DNA of 64,000 nt from Octopus vulgaris (GCA_951406725.2 OX597839.1:5022001-5086000), one strand, 5' to 3'; positions 40,150-54,020 are shown, numbered from the stretch's first letter. Made by a program: numbers and translations. The notes: generated from the letters alone by a model not told the origin.

Positions 40150-40500
40150 CTTTCTGCCTATCAAAAACAATTCCCTTCTCAATTATTCTGGATCAAATTT
40201 CCGTAGAATTCATAGTGTTTATTGGCAGATATCACTTACAGCTGATATTACGATCCACCAAGACAACGTGTCTCTATATATCCAACAGCGATATGGCACC
40301 GTGTAAGATTATCAGAGATAATCTGGTATCGTCCATGAAAACCTTACGTTACCATGCCACCAATGATCAAGTTAGCGTTCATACAATCGATTCTGGCAAC
40401 CAAAGCGAAAGTCCGGTTTTTAAGATAATTCTTACCATATCCATAAGGTTCCATAAAATGCAATCTGTTGAACGAACACTTTTCACTTTTCCAATTAAGT
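40150..40500 (-). mobile_element. Highly decayed CR1/L2-like LINE reverse-transcriptase relic
   Basis: Manual minus translation [20 protein letters not shown] then VFMDDTRLS (FADDT-like) in the expected order; many disruptions. Confidence 0.45.
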
Positions 40501-40505
40501 CTTGC

Positions 40506-40573
<68 letters not shown>

Positions 40574-40593
40574 ACGCACACATACATACATAT

Positions 40594-40645
<52 letters not shown>

Positions 40646-40791
40646 TATGCGAGTGTATGTATGTATGCCATTATTCAGTTTATTTCAAGATTCTTGCCAA
40701 TAGAGAAAGAGCCGGTTTCTAACCTAGATCCAAGGTTCTTCATTGGAATTTCAACATCAACAACAGGATATTTTTGTATGTATGTATTTGT

Positions 40792-41078
40792 GGAGGCGCA
40801 ATGGCCTAGTGGTTAGGGTAGCGGACTCGCGGTCGTAGGATCGCGGTTTCGATTCCCAGACCGGCCGTTGTGTGTGTTTATTGAGCGAAAACACCTAAAA
40901 GCTCCACGACGCTCCGGCAGGGGGTGGTGATCCCTGCTGTACTCTCTTTCTCTCACTCTTTCTTCTGTTGGCCTGCTCGCTTAGCCAGCGGGGTGGTGTC
41001 ATTCGAAGGCTAAAACAATGGGAACGCATTGTGACCAGCGATGTTTAGCAACATCTGATAGCCTGGTCGGTCACGTGA
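40792..41078 (+). mobile_element. SINE family C (tRNA-Arg-like head), tail-i, full length
   Basis: ggaggcgcaatggcctagtggttagggtagcggacTCGcggtc...ggtttcgattccc. Confidence 0.92.
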
Positions 41079-41344
41079 TATATATATATATATATATATA
41101 TGTTGTTTATGCGAGTGTATTTATGTATGCCATTATTCAGTTTATTTCAAGATTTCTTGCCAATAGAGAAAGAACCGGTTTCTAACCTAGATCCAAGGTT
41201 CCTTCATTGGAATTTCAACATCAACAACAGGGTATTTTTGTATGTATGTATGTATGTATGTATGTATGTATGTATGTATGCATATATGTATGTATGCATG
41301 AACGTACGTATGTATGTATGTTTGTGTATATGCTTATGTGTATG

Positions 41345-41375
<31 letters not shown>

Positions 41376-41924
41376 ATTAGGGCTTAGTAAAATAAGCCCT
41401 AATTATATAATGTAATATTTTGAATTCGCCTTAAATGGTCCTTTTACATACTGAATACTTGGTGAAATTGATTAATAACTAATTAATTTTACCCTCAATT
41501 GTTGATATATATATATATATATAAGTTGTTGCTTCCTTTTAACGCATCCATTCATTTATATAAGCTTTATTTCCTATCTTTTACTTATTTCAGTTGCTAG
41601 ACGGCGGCCATACTGAGGCACCACCTTCAAGGGTTCAGTTTAACAAATCGGCCTCAGTACTTATGTTATTGTTGCTTTTTGAAGCCGATCCGCTGAGCGT
41701 TATCCTTCTACCGTTTTACACTTTAGCTATGAAGACGTAAACAAACCGACATGCAGGTTGTCAAGCTGTGATGGACACAAACTTTTGCGCAAAGACACAC
41801 AGGCGCGTGCATATATACATACACACATATACATATACGTATACACGCACACATCTCTCTGTCTACCTCTCTTTCTCTCTCTCCCTCTGTATATATATGT
41901 ATATATATATACATACATACAATA

Positions 41925-42688
41925 ATAATATTAGGGAGTATAGCTCCAAACTTATAGGGAAAAATTCGATTTAGTATTAAATCAAATTACACAGTATAAA
42001 TATATAAAATATGAATTAGAGATAAAACCAGTATTATGCAACTCAAACAGTGATTGACATAAACCAATACATAAACAACAAATAATATATATATAATTAA
42101 TATAATATATAATATATATATATATAAAATTAAATTTTTTTTCCAAAAAGTATAAAAAGAATGATAAATATAATATAAGTAATTATACATTTTGAAAAAA
42201 AAATAATATATATATATATTATATATTATATTAATTATATTTATATTAGTACGTTTAAATATTTGTTGTGCAAAAATTTTTATGCGAAGTCGTGTGTTGA
42301 AACAGATATTGTTATACTTCGGAATGGTCATATTGCCAGTTTAGCCAATAAAAACACACGCACTATATATTTGTTGTTATTTATTTTTTACATTAATCTT
42401 AATCTTATTTCGGCCAGAGTTCTTTCGTCATACTCCTGTGACTGCATCAGTGGTCCTTTGTTTTCTTCTTTCTTATTTGTGTCTCTTCTTACTAACCGAA
42501 ATAAGATTAAGATTAATGTAAAAAATAAATAACAACAAATATATAGTGCGTGTGTTTTTATTGGCTAAACTGGCAATATGACCATTCCGAAATATAACAA
42601 TATATTTATATTATTTGTTATTTATGTATTGGTTTATGTCTATCACTGAGTTGCATAATAGTGGTTTTATCTCTAATTCATATTTTAT
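41925..42688. mobile_element. Nested fold-back: family H outer arms enclosing a second fold-back with ~108-bp arms
   Basis: Outer 42004-42090 / 42602-42688; inner 42306-42413 / 42496-42603. Confidence 0.88.
42412..42456 (-). ncRNA. Hammerhead-like motif (variant core) in fold-back loop
   Basis: ggacca-CTGATGC-a-gtca(caggagta)tgac-GAAA-gaac-TC/tggcc. Confidence 0.5.
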
Positions 42689-43101
42689 GCATACATATAT
42701 ATATATACACACGCTCACACACACAAATATAATTCTTAATAGTAAAGTGTATGGGCACTTGTACATCCACTAAATATATTTTACAGTTTATATACAGCAT
42801 ATAATGACCTACAAGTGTTCCCGCTGCAGCGACTGCTCACTGTTGTAAATGCAACCTTGCATTATTGTCGGTGCAGATTCTAGAACTCTGTCCGTTATGA
42901 CGTTTAGTTTTCCAGTTAATCGGATCGACGGACCAACCTCCTCTTGATATGACAGATATTCTACCACTGTACCAAAGTAATCCTTCGAATTTCTCTTTCT
43001 GTTTTAGAAATTTTTTTTCTTCCCAGTGCGAATTGTTTTTGCTGACATCGTAGGAAAATATTAGCTTTCGGTGGGGAAGCGAAGTAATTATCTTTTGGTG
43101 G

Positions 43102-43356
43102 TGGAAGCACTCCGTCGGTTACGACGACGAGGGTTCCGGTTGATCCAAGTCAACGGAACAGCCTGTTCGTGAAATTAACGTGTAAGTGGCTGAGCACTCC
43201 ACAGACATACAGGTACTACTCATTTTTGCCAGCTGAGTGGACTGGAGCAACGTGAAATAAAGTGCCTTCCTTAAGGATACAACATGTAGTTAGAATTGAA
43301 CTTACAGCCTTACAATCATGAGCTGAATACCCTAACCACTAAGCCACACGCCTTCA
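43102..43356 (-). mobile_element. SINE family D: different tRNA-like head and CORE-like centre, joined to tail-ii
   Basis: Head tgaaggcgtgtggcttagtggttagggt; centre ggcactttatttcacgttgctccagtccactcagctg; 3' end matches 62828-62933. Confidence 0.8.
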
Positions 43357-43672
43357 TTCTCGAAACACATAAAGCTATATATATTTACATTATTTATATT
43401 ATTTACATTGTAAATAAAGTATATTAATTCCTAATCTCTTAAATATAGAACTCTACTATATATAGTATTAACAGGTTTTATCAACCCAGTATTTAAATGC
43501 TATTATTTATACCTTTATGTCCTTCAAGATCCACTGTTCCATAACAGAATAATTTCACGTTTACTGGGTAGTTTGAAAATTCTGATGACATCAACAATAT
43601 GTAATCTTACATTTTCATGTTTAGTGTTGTCTTTATCTTCGTGAAATTGTTTTGTCTGTGAATAAATTTTTA

Positions 43673-44127
43673 GGATCTTTTCGGTTTGAACGGCAGTTTT
43701 TTCTAGCGGTGTCATATGAAATTGTCACCCATAATTATGACCCTAGAATTGATCTATTGCATTTCAATCTCTTTTAGGTTTAGGTTTAGGGTTAGTTAGG
43801 GTTAGTTAGGGTTAGAGTTAGGGTTAGAGGTGGGGGAAGTGTATCTTTTCTTCTTCACAAATGTAAATAAACCCAATCTGTTTCTTAAACGAGGGACATA
43901 TTCATAGGGCACAGAATGGTTTTTAACTCAATGGACGTCACTGATTGGTTGAAATTGCAGAAATTGAAGAAAAAAAAACAACAAATATCTTACAAACTAT
44001 AGAATTTTCTCAATAAAGCCAAGAGAAAAAGATGTTTTATAAACACATTCCACCAGTATACGAAGTTTAAAATATTTTAGTTACCTAGAAATTATGTTAA
44101 AAACTGCTGTTCAAACCGTAAACATCC
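43673..44127. mobile_element. MITE-like element, ~28-bp imperfect TIRs, internal (TTAGGG)-like tract
   Basis: ggatcttttcggtttgaacggcagtttt ... aaaactgctgttcaaaccgtaaacatcc; second copy at 46360. Confidence 0.9.
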
Positions 44128-44701
44128 AATTTTTAACTTTAGTATCATTTTCCTCTCTGCTAATGACAAGAAATATATTTCTATTGTCGCTCATATATAT
44201 TTGTACATTGTCATTCTGTTCTAAGTTTTGTGGTACCTTTAATTTTTTTTATTCATTCAATGGTTGTTTATTGCAGTGTGCGACCGTACTTACGTTACGT
44301 TATCCGCCATATAAGTCTACCTGAAACATGTAATTACCCCAGAAAATCCTCGCCGATATAGCGTATTAAAGAACATATAAATATATAAGTATGCACACAC
44401 ACATACCCATACATATACACAGAGGCAGGAATACACACATAGACACACGTGTATGTGTATGTGTGTATGTATGCAAGTATCAATATACAAATACATATAT
44501 ATATACAGATATATATATGCATATCTCTCTTTCCCTCTCTCTCTTTCCCTCTCTCTCTTTCTCTCTCTATATACATGTGTGTGTGTGGTTCTATGTGTGG
44601 GTGTGTATATGTGTGTATGTATGCAAGTATCAATATACAAATGCATATATATACAGATATATATGCATCTCTCTCTCTCTCTGTAAATATATATATATAT
44701 T

Positions 44702-44734
<33 letters not shown>

Positions 44735-45750
44735 ATACATTTGTGTGTGTGTGCGCATGTGTGCTTCTATGTGTGGGTGTGTATGCGTGTGTACCAATAC
44801 TTATAGCTATACGTGTGCGCCCACACGAATTATCATCCACATTCATCGACCGCACACACACACACAAACACACCACAAACATGGCCGTACTCAAGAACAC
44901 AGCACAACCAAACACAATCTGTTTCCCTTCTGAAAATTAATCACTTATTTCGACATTGTTTGCTCTCGTCTGACTGCAAAATGGTTATCGGCATTTCAGC
45001 CAGGTTCATAGAGAAAAATATTTATTCCAAATTGTATCCAGAGGGTCAGAATATTTGCCTTTGAAAAATCTCATACGCATTCCATTTCGTTTTTCCTGCT
45101 TTTCTTTTACTTTTCCCATCGACATTTATTTACTAACGCGTTTTATATATTTGTATCTCTCTCTCATTTTTTCCTTCATTTTCTTTTTACCTTTTTTTGT
45201 CGAATTTTCCTCTCTGTATTGGAATGCGTATTAATTTTACGGTGAAGAGAGAAAAATATTTTTGACTTTATATAAAAAGAGAGAAACAAGTCTTCTGTTA
45301 ATAGTATTGAAGTATTTGAAGTTTTGAATATTATTATTATTATTACTATTATTATTATTATTATTATTGTTATTATTATTATTATTATTTAGTTTCATTT
45401 TCGGTTTTAATTTAATGTTGAATTGCTTCTGTGGTGGAAGGAAGCTGAGTGGATGTATAATGTGTGGAAACAGATGTATATAATGCGTATGACGTTTTCA
45501 GAAAGTGTGTGCACTTGTGCGAGTGTATGTGATTGCATGTATGTATGCGTTAGTCTATGTGTATATGTGTCGGGGTGTGTAGATGTATGTACATGTTGCC
45601 CTCTTTGTGCGTGTATGTGTGTATATGGATGTCTGCGCAGCAATGACTCTGAGTACTTACACACACACACACATATACATATGTATAGAAAACCATTAGT
45701 GTATGTGGGTGCACATCTGTATACATGCATGCATACAGAAATATATACTA

Positions 45751-45784
<34 letters not shown>

Positions 45785-46359
45785 GTGTATATATCTATAG
45801 TATGATAGTGTAAGGTTACTGTTATATGGATATATGTATATATACATACATAAGTGTATATAGGTGTGCGTACATCTGTAAGTATTGCTATATATGTGTT
45901 CCTGTCTCTATTATTTGTTCTTCTATTTGTAATGTACGCATCTGCGAGTGCAGGTCGTGTTTATATATGTGTTTATATATATATATATGTGTGTGCGTGT
46001 GTTTGTATGTAATGTATGTATGTATATGCTTATGCATATATATGTTTGTGTGTATTTTATTCGTGTGTATGTGTGCTTTTGGATGTTACCTGGTTAAAAA
46101 TACAAATAATTTTTATTGAAATTGATTGCAAACACTAATGAGATTTGAAACCGAAGTTAGAGAAAAGAGCAGGACAAAAAAATGGTGCTGTTGTCGTTGT
46201 TATTGTAGCTTTGTTCTTCGAGCAGGCATGGCTGTGTGGCTAATAATATGACATTTTAAGCATATGGTTTGGGGTTCAATCCTTCTGCAAATTTTATTGC
46301 TTAGATCATATTTTTTGTGAACTGAAGAAGAGCTTATGTAAGAGTTGAAATAATAATTT

Positions 46360-46772
46360 GGATCTTTTCGGTTTCAACGGCAGTTTTTTTAAGCGGTGTC
46401 ATATGAAATTGTCACCCATAATTATGACCCTAGTATCGATCTATTGCCTTTCAATCTGTTTTAGGGTTAGGGTTAGGGGTGGGGGAAGGGTATCTTTTTT
46501 CTTCACAAATGTAAATAAACCCAATCTGTTTCTTAAACGAGGTACATATTCATACGGCACAGAATGTTCTCACCTCAATAGACGTCATTGATTGGTTGAA
46601 ATTGCAGATTTTGAAGAAAAAAACAACAATTATCTTACAAACTATAGAATTTTCACAATAAAGCCAAGAGAAAAAGATGTTTAATAAACACATTCTACTA
46701 GTATACGAAGTTTAAAATTTTTTACTTACCTAGAAATTATGTTAAAAACTGCCGTTCAAACCGTAAAGATCC
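46360..46772. mobile_element. MITE-like element, second copy
   Basis: ggatcttttcggtttcaacggcagtttt ... aaaactgccgttcaaaccgtaaagatcc. Confidence 0.9.
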
Positions 46773-47465
46773 AAGCTATGTTCCAGTAGTTGATTTTTTT
46801 CACTAATTTTTTGTGATATTTGTGGAAGCTATGTTCCAGTTTCTAATCTCACTTAATTGTGAGAATCGTTGTTTTTGGGGAGTATCTCGCCTCCCAAAAT
46901 AGTTGAGGTTTGTCACTAATATTTTTGTGATATTTGTGGAAGCTATGTTCCAGTTGTTGCGATCCGGTTTCTAATCTCACTTAATTGTGAGAATCGTTGT
47001 TTTTGGGGAGTATCTCGCCTCCCAAAATAGTCGATTTTTTTCACTAATATTTTTGGGATATTTGTGGAAAGTATGTTCCAGTTGTTGCGTTCCGGTTTCT
47101 AATCTCACTTAATTGTGAGAATCGTTGCTTTGGGGGGCATATCTCGCCTCCCAAAATAGTTGAGTTTTTTCACTAATATTTTTGGGATATTTGTAGAAGC
47201 TATGTTCCAGTTGTTGCGTTCCGGTTTCTAATCTCACTTAATTGTGAGAATCGTTGTTTTGGGAGAGTATATCGCCTCCCAAAATAGTCGATTTTTTTCA
47301 CTAATATTTTTGTGATATTTGTGGAAGCTATATTCCAGTTGTTGCATTCCGGTTTCTAATCTCACAGTCTCAAATGACTGAATCAAGTAAGAGATAAAAG
47401 ATAAAAGAGACATATTATGTATAGAAATCTCCGGTTTCTAATTGTGAGAATCGTTGCTTTGGGGG
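46773..47465. repeat. Tandem repeat, ~128-bp unit, about 4.5 copies
   Basis: gaagctatgttccag-like starts at 46825, 46939, 47067, 47196, 47324. Confidence 0.95.
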
Positions 47466-47509
47466 TGAATGTTATTCTGAACTAAGACGCCTTCCGTTAC
47501 CCATATATG

Positions 47510-47842
47510 CTCATGGCTGTGAGGAAAGAAGCTTGTTTCCCAACCTTATGATTCTGAGTTCAGTCCCACGGCGTGGCACCTAGTTTAACCGTCTTCTTCT
47601 GGTAGGCTGAAACTGAATGAAGCTCGTCGTATGTATATATATATACGCCATGATAGATCGTTAGCCACTACACACATATTTTTTCTCTCCTTGTTTTTTC
47701 TGTGTCATTTTCTGTAGAAGAGCGTAGGCTCGAAACGTAAAAGACTTTTTCTATTCCTGAGCGTTATACTAATACATCTGTTTGTTTTGTACACCACCTG
47801 TCTTCGTCTTTTGTTTTTTTTTCGTAAACTCTCCCTATATAT

Positions 47843-47885
<43 letters not shown>

Positions 47886-48120
47886 TGCGTGTGTGTATGT
47901 GTGCGTATGTATGTATGTGTGTTTGTGTCCATGTTTGTCCCTCACCACTGTTAGACAACCGGCGTTGGTGTGTTTATACCTCTGTAACTTAGCGGCTCGG
48001 CCAAAGAAATAGATAAAATGAGTACTGCGGTCGATTTGTTTAACTAAAAGCCTTTAAAGCGATGCCCTAGCATGGCCGCAGTCAAATGACTGAATCAAGT
48101 AAGAGATAAAAGATAAAAGA
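47510..48120 (+). mobile_element. Diverged SINE A with family E element (47648-47835) nested in its TA tract
   Basis: Head 47510-47630, tail 47920-48120. Confidence 0.82.
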
Positions 48121-49098
48121 GACATATTATGTATAAATTAATGTTCTTCGTGTATTACATATTAGGAAACCATACCTGAATAACGAATTAGAACTACGTG
48201 TTCACACACGTGTGTATAAGCATAAATATATATCATAGAAATATACAAATGAATGCTTAATTTATTATTCATATGCAGTTTTCCAATATATGTTTTTGAA
48301 GAACATTAATTTCAATCCAATAGTTTTAACATCTTTTCTCATTTACGTCTATTTAGTTATTTTAGTTTATGAAATTTTCATATATTTTCTTACATTCCCG
48401 CTGAGAATTAAATCTTTATAACAGCTTTTGAATATTTGTTCGTCTCTCTTAATTTATTTTAATTCATACCTTGATCTTACATAATATATTACTTTTTCTT
48501 TAACATAACCTGATAATAGCGATATCATTTGTAAAGATATTTATTTTTTATCCAATTCAACAAAATACTACGTTATTGGCCATTAACGCTTTTTGATTAA
48601 ATTTTCGCCATTATTCTATGCGATACGAATTTCGCAGTTTACAAAGAATTCGTGATAGTCATCTTCTGCATTACTTTAACTTAGTATAATGTAAACCTAT
48701 TTCTATGTACTCTAGCTAAATGCAAATTTACATGTTATTATAACATTCTGAATTAAATTAATTATTTTAACGCCAATATTCACAATAATTTTCATTAGCT
48801 GTAGAAAACTTAGCGAATCTTATATTGTATCCTTTAAATTTACGAGATATTTTTCTCTCTAACCAAACAAAATCTCTTTAGATATGAATATAGTTTATAA
48901 ATATTGAAATTAAATAACATTATCTTAAAGTGCAGTTTTGGTTTCGTGATTTCGAAAATCGGTTTGCTATCATGTGGTTTCGGGTTCGTTTTCACTTTGC
49001 GGAACGTTGGGCAAGTGTCTTTTACTATAGCCCCTTTTGAGGGAATTTGGTGGGCCGAAACTGCGATGAAGTCCAACGTATATATATATATATATATA

Positions 49099-49380
49099 CA
49101 ATGACCCAGTGGTTGTGTGTGTTTATTGAGCGAAAACACCTAAAGCTCCACGAGGCTCTGGCAGGGGGGGGGGGGCGACCCTGTTGTACTCTTTTGTTCC
49201 AACTTTCTCTCCCTCTTTCTTCCTGTTTCTTGTCCCCGACTTCCTACACAACCGCTGAGCCTGGATGCGCATTCATCCATCCGTCGATGCTCTCGGTGTC
49301 GGGGGTTGACCTGCTTTCTCTTCTGCGGGTCTTACGAATTGCAAAGGACCACGTTTCGGACTTCTCCCATTACAGACAAT
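49099..49380 (+). mobile_element. SINE family C, internally deleted head, tail-iii
   Basis: gtgtttattgagcgaaaacacctaaagctccacgaggct shared with 40792 and 62551; distinct 3' sequence. Confidence 0.75.
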
Positions 49381-49935
49381 CCTGCAGCGCGATCTTGCGA
49401 CCTCTGGGACGAAGACCGTTCGCTCAACAGCAACAACAACAGCAATATTTTCAATAACATCTAAAAAAAATGACTCTATTTCCAAGAAGAGTAAGGGGAA
49501 TAACAACAAATTTATCAAAAAGAACAAAAGTGGTTACAATAAAAATTACACTTAGAACAACAACAACAACATTTATAAATTACAATAACATCGATTACAA
49601 TAATAAAGACAACAATTACAATAGTAACAATTATAATAGAAATACCAACAAATACAAGAAAAACAGCAATAAAAATAACAAAATAACTAAAAATATAATT
49701 GCATCATCAAGAGCATGATGAAGTAGAAGAAGAACAATAATAACAATCAAACTGACAACAACAGCAATGACATCACCACCACAACCACGACCAGCAGCAA
49801 CAACAACAACAACAACAACAACAATAACAGCGATAACAATAACGCAACAAAATTACGGTTATTTGCTAATGCTTATAATCTAATCAGAGTTTATGGAGCG
49901 TTTTTGTTTACTTTTATGTATATCTTGTTTTACAG

Positions 49936-49966
<31 letters not shown>

Positions 49967-50085
49967 CAAATCTTTTCATTTCTTTTCTTAACTTATTTTT
50001 TCCTTTTTACAACACTTACAAAATATATAGCTTACAGGTATATTCACACTAACAGCACCATGTACTGCACCTCTGTGTGTGCACA

Positions 50086-50169
<84 letters not shown>

Positions 50170-50220
50170 TATGCATTTCGTTCTATTTCTATACATAATC
50201 TATATATGCGTACATACATT

Positions 50221-50289
<69 letters not shown>

Positions 50290-50445
50290 TATATATCCAT
50301 GCGAATGTATATATGCATATATATGTATTTGTGTATTGATATGCTTATAGTACTGATATGTATTTATCTTCGAATCTGTCTTTGCACGCGTCTCTTCTAC
50401 CTAATTGCTCTTTTTCAGTCACAACTCTTTCTCTCTGTCTCTCTT

Positions 50446-50589
<144 letters not shown>

Positions 50590-51645
50590 TATATATATAT
50601 ATACATACAAGTATATACATATATATGTATATACAAATATATATATATATACATTATATATATGTATATATATATATGTATATATATGTATGTATATATA
50701 TATATATATATGTATATATATGCATATATATATATATATACATACAAGTATATACATATATATGTATGTACGTATTTATGTATGTTTTGATGTATAATGG
50801 AATGAATGTAGTAGGTGTATGCATGCACGCAAGTATATATGCATGCATAAGTGTATGTATGTATATATTTATGTATGTTTACAAACAGTCCTCTCTGTGC
50901 AAATGAACACGTACAGACGCTCACCCATACAAACTCAACGTTCACATACCAACACAATTCTCTTTTTATATCTTAATGTAAGTTCGTTTTTTTTCTAAAT
51001 GTTGAAAACATGCATACGTACAGCTCTATATTGAGAGAAATACGCTGCAAAGAAGCAGCATAAAATCTTAGTGGCATGTATGTCGGCATGTTTCTTCCTT
51101 ACGCGCTCGAACTTCCGGTGAACGTCAGCCATGTTTTATCTTCAAAGCTTAGTGATTGCTGTTGTAGTATGCGCATGCACGCATATGAGTTCTACCTAAC
51201 ACATTGCGATTTCGACCCAGGATTTGACATTGACCTTTCAGTGCTTAGAATATTTTCTTCTATCTTGTCTTTATATAGTAAAAACGGTAAACCTGTATGT
51301 AGTAGCAGAAGATGGCTAGAAATAACAACAAAATCACTTTGAAATCGATACACCTCATCAGTATTGATTTTTAAGTTTAAAAAAAATATATATATATATA
51401 TAAAATATGAATTAGAGATAAAATTATATTTTTAGAGATGCAATTTATAATAATATATATATATATTATATATTATATTAATTATATTTATATTATTTGT
51501 TAATTTTGTATTGGTTTATGTCTATCACTGTTTGAGAGGCCTAATAGTGGTTTTATCTCTAATTCATATTTTATATATTTTTATACTGCGAAATTTGATT
51601 TAATCCTAAATCTAATTTTTCCCTGTAAGTTTGGGCCATACTCCC

Positions 51646-51697
<52 letters not shown>

Positions 51698-51931
51698 TGT
51701 ATGTGTGCGTGTGTGTGTGTGTGTGTGTGACAGAGTAAAGACAAATGCAAAACAAGGAGGAAAAAATAATACTCGAATACGAGAGGTTGAGTAATATGCT
51801 TTATTAAAAAGCAGCAAAAATATTACAAACTATGTTACTCAGACTTTCACATTCCCGTTCGTCGGATAGTTTTATTTTTAAATCAAGCCCTGGGGTCGAT
51901 GTGTTCGACTAAAACCTCAGGAATGGAAAGA

Positions 51932-51968
51932 TGTTTAACGTTTCGAGCAAAGTTCTTCATCAGAAACA
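51932..51968 (-). ncRNA. Minimal type I hammerhead ribozyme
   Basis: tgttt-CTGATGA-a-gaac(ttt)gctc-GAAA-cg-TT/aaaca; 5-bp stem I, palindromic AACGTT, one mismatch in stem II. Confidence 0.72.
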
Positions 51969-52139
51969 GGGAAGTCGAATAGGAAAAGAAGACGGAGGAA
52001 GAAAATCGCCAACGATTCACATGTGGTTACATTTTGATATATATATATTTATATATATATATATGAGTGTGTGCATGCGTGTGTGTATGTGTGTGTGTGT
52101 GCGTGTGCATGCATGTATTTGTGTGTTTGTGCATGTGTT

Positions 52140-52346
52140 TGTATGTCTGTGTTTGTTTCTCCAACACCGCTTGACAACCGATGCTGGTGTGTTCACGTCC
52201 CCGTAACATAGCGGTTGAGCAAAACAGACCGATACAATAAGTACTAGGCATATGAAAAATAAGTCCTGGAGTCGATTTCTTCGATTAAAAGCGGTACCCC
52301 AGCATGGCCGGAGTCATATGACTCAAACAAGTAAAAGATTAAAAGA

Positions 52347-52348
<2 letters not shown>
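52140..52348 (+). mobile_element. SINE family A 3' part
   Basis: cgcttgacaaccgatgctggtgtg...aacaagtaaaaga. Confidence 0.85.
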
Positions 52349-52416
<68 letters not shown>

Positions 52417-52935
52417 ATACACACGCATTTATATGTATGCATTTCTCTGTCTATGTCTCTCGTTCTTTCTCTTTTACTTTCTCTGTATCTCTCTCTCTCT
52501 CCCTTTATCTCTCTCTCTCTTTTTTTCTCTCTGTATATATAGATCTGTGCATGCGTGTGTCTATGTAAGCTCTTGGTTAAATACGAAGTATTACACCGAC
52601 ATCATCCGCCGAAAGTTGCCCGAGTTAGCAAATGAGGTCGTTGCATAGGTATGAATGAATTGACAGCAGAAATATGCGAAGAAAATATAGCAACCAGCTA
52701 AACGACAGCTTAAGCCCATTTTAACATTCTTATACCTTAATTCTGTCATTCCTAAGATTCTCTCATTCTTCTACAGTTATTATATCCAAAGAATCTGCTA
52801 TGTCTTGTTTTGTTTTTGATGTTTCCATTTTGTTTTCTTTTTTGTCTTTATTCATCTACTTTGGGTTTCGCTTTTATTTTTGTCTTTTCAGCTAGATAAT
52901 CTCCGAGACTTACATTATAGCTTAAATATACATGC

Positions 52936-52980
<45 letters not shown>

Positions 52981-53009
52981 TATATATATATATATACGTA
53001 TATATATAT

Positions 53010-53042
<33 letters not shown>

Positions 53043-53386
53043 AAGATATATATATATATATGAAAAAATATATATAAAGATATAAATACATAAGCATATA
53101 TGTATATTTATGTGTGTGTACATATGCATGATTATGTATATATATTACAAGGATGCAAGTATATACTTGTATGTGCTTGCTTAAGTTATATATATATATG
53201 TGTGTATAGGTACACATATGTATATCTCTCTATCTATATTTTAATGCAAATACACCTATAGTGACATAAATATATATTTATGAGTAACACATCTAGCTAT
53301 ATATGAACATGCATTCGGGTGTGTGTATGTATCTACTTATGTTGACTGTGTAAATGATGAACACAAAATTACATAGATATATGTAT

Positions 53387-53423
<37 letters not shown>

Positions 53424-53511
53424 CATACATACATACACACGTACATATGTATGACGTACACCACCTGTCTTCGTCTTTTGTTTTTTTCGTTAACTCTCCC
53501 TATATATATTC

Positions 53512-53542
<31 letters not shown>

Positions 53543-53552
53543 TGTATGTATG

Positions 53553-53613
<61 letters not shown>

Positions 53614-53765
53614 GCATATCTATCTTTGTATCTGTCCGCCTTTCTATCTATCTATCTATCTATCTTTCTATCTGTCTGTCTGTCTGTCTGTGTATATTTC
53701 TTTCTGTTTCTGTCTCTCTTTCTTTGTCTCCCTCTATATATAATACGTACATAGAGACAAACGCA

Positions 53766-53814
<49 letters not shown>

Positions 53815-53959
53815 TCACGCATTTATATATTTATATATACACACGTACACATATATATGTACAATTGGTTAAATATATTGACAGATCACTAACCTATTGG
53901 ATATGTATAGAGACTATGCATATCAGGGTATATATACGCACATAATATATATATATATG

Positions 53960-54014
<55 letters not shown>

Positions 54015-54020
54015 TTATAT

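Noticed and set aside
40792-40863. tRNA-Arg(TCG) gene (also 62551, 30605)
   Set aside because: No acceptor stem, and it continues into a multi-copy SINE body, so it is a SINE head.
43773-43836. Telomere or fusion scar
   Set aside because: Short degenerate tract internal to a two-copy TIR element.
46773-47465. CRISPR array
   Set aside because: Whole units repeat with no unique spacers, no cas genes, and eukaryotic context.
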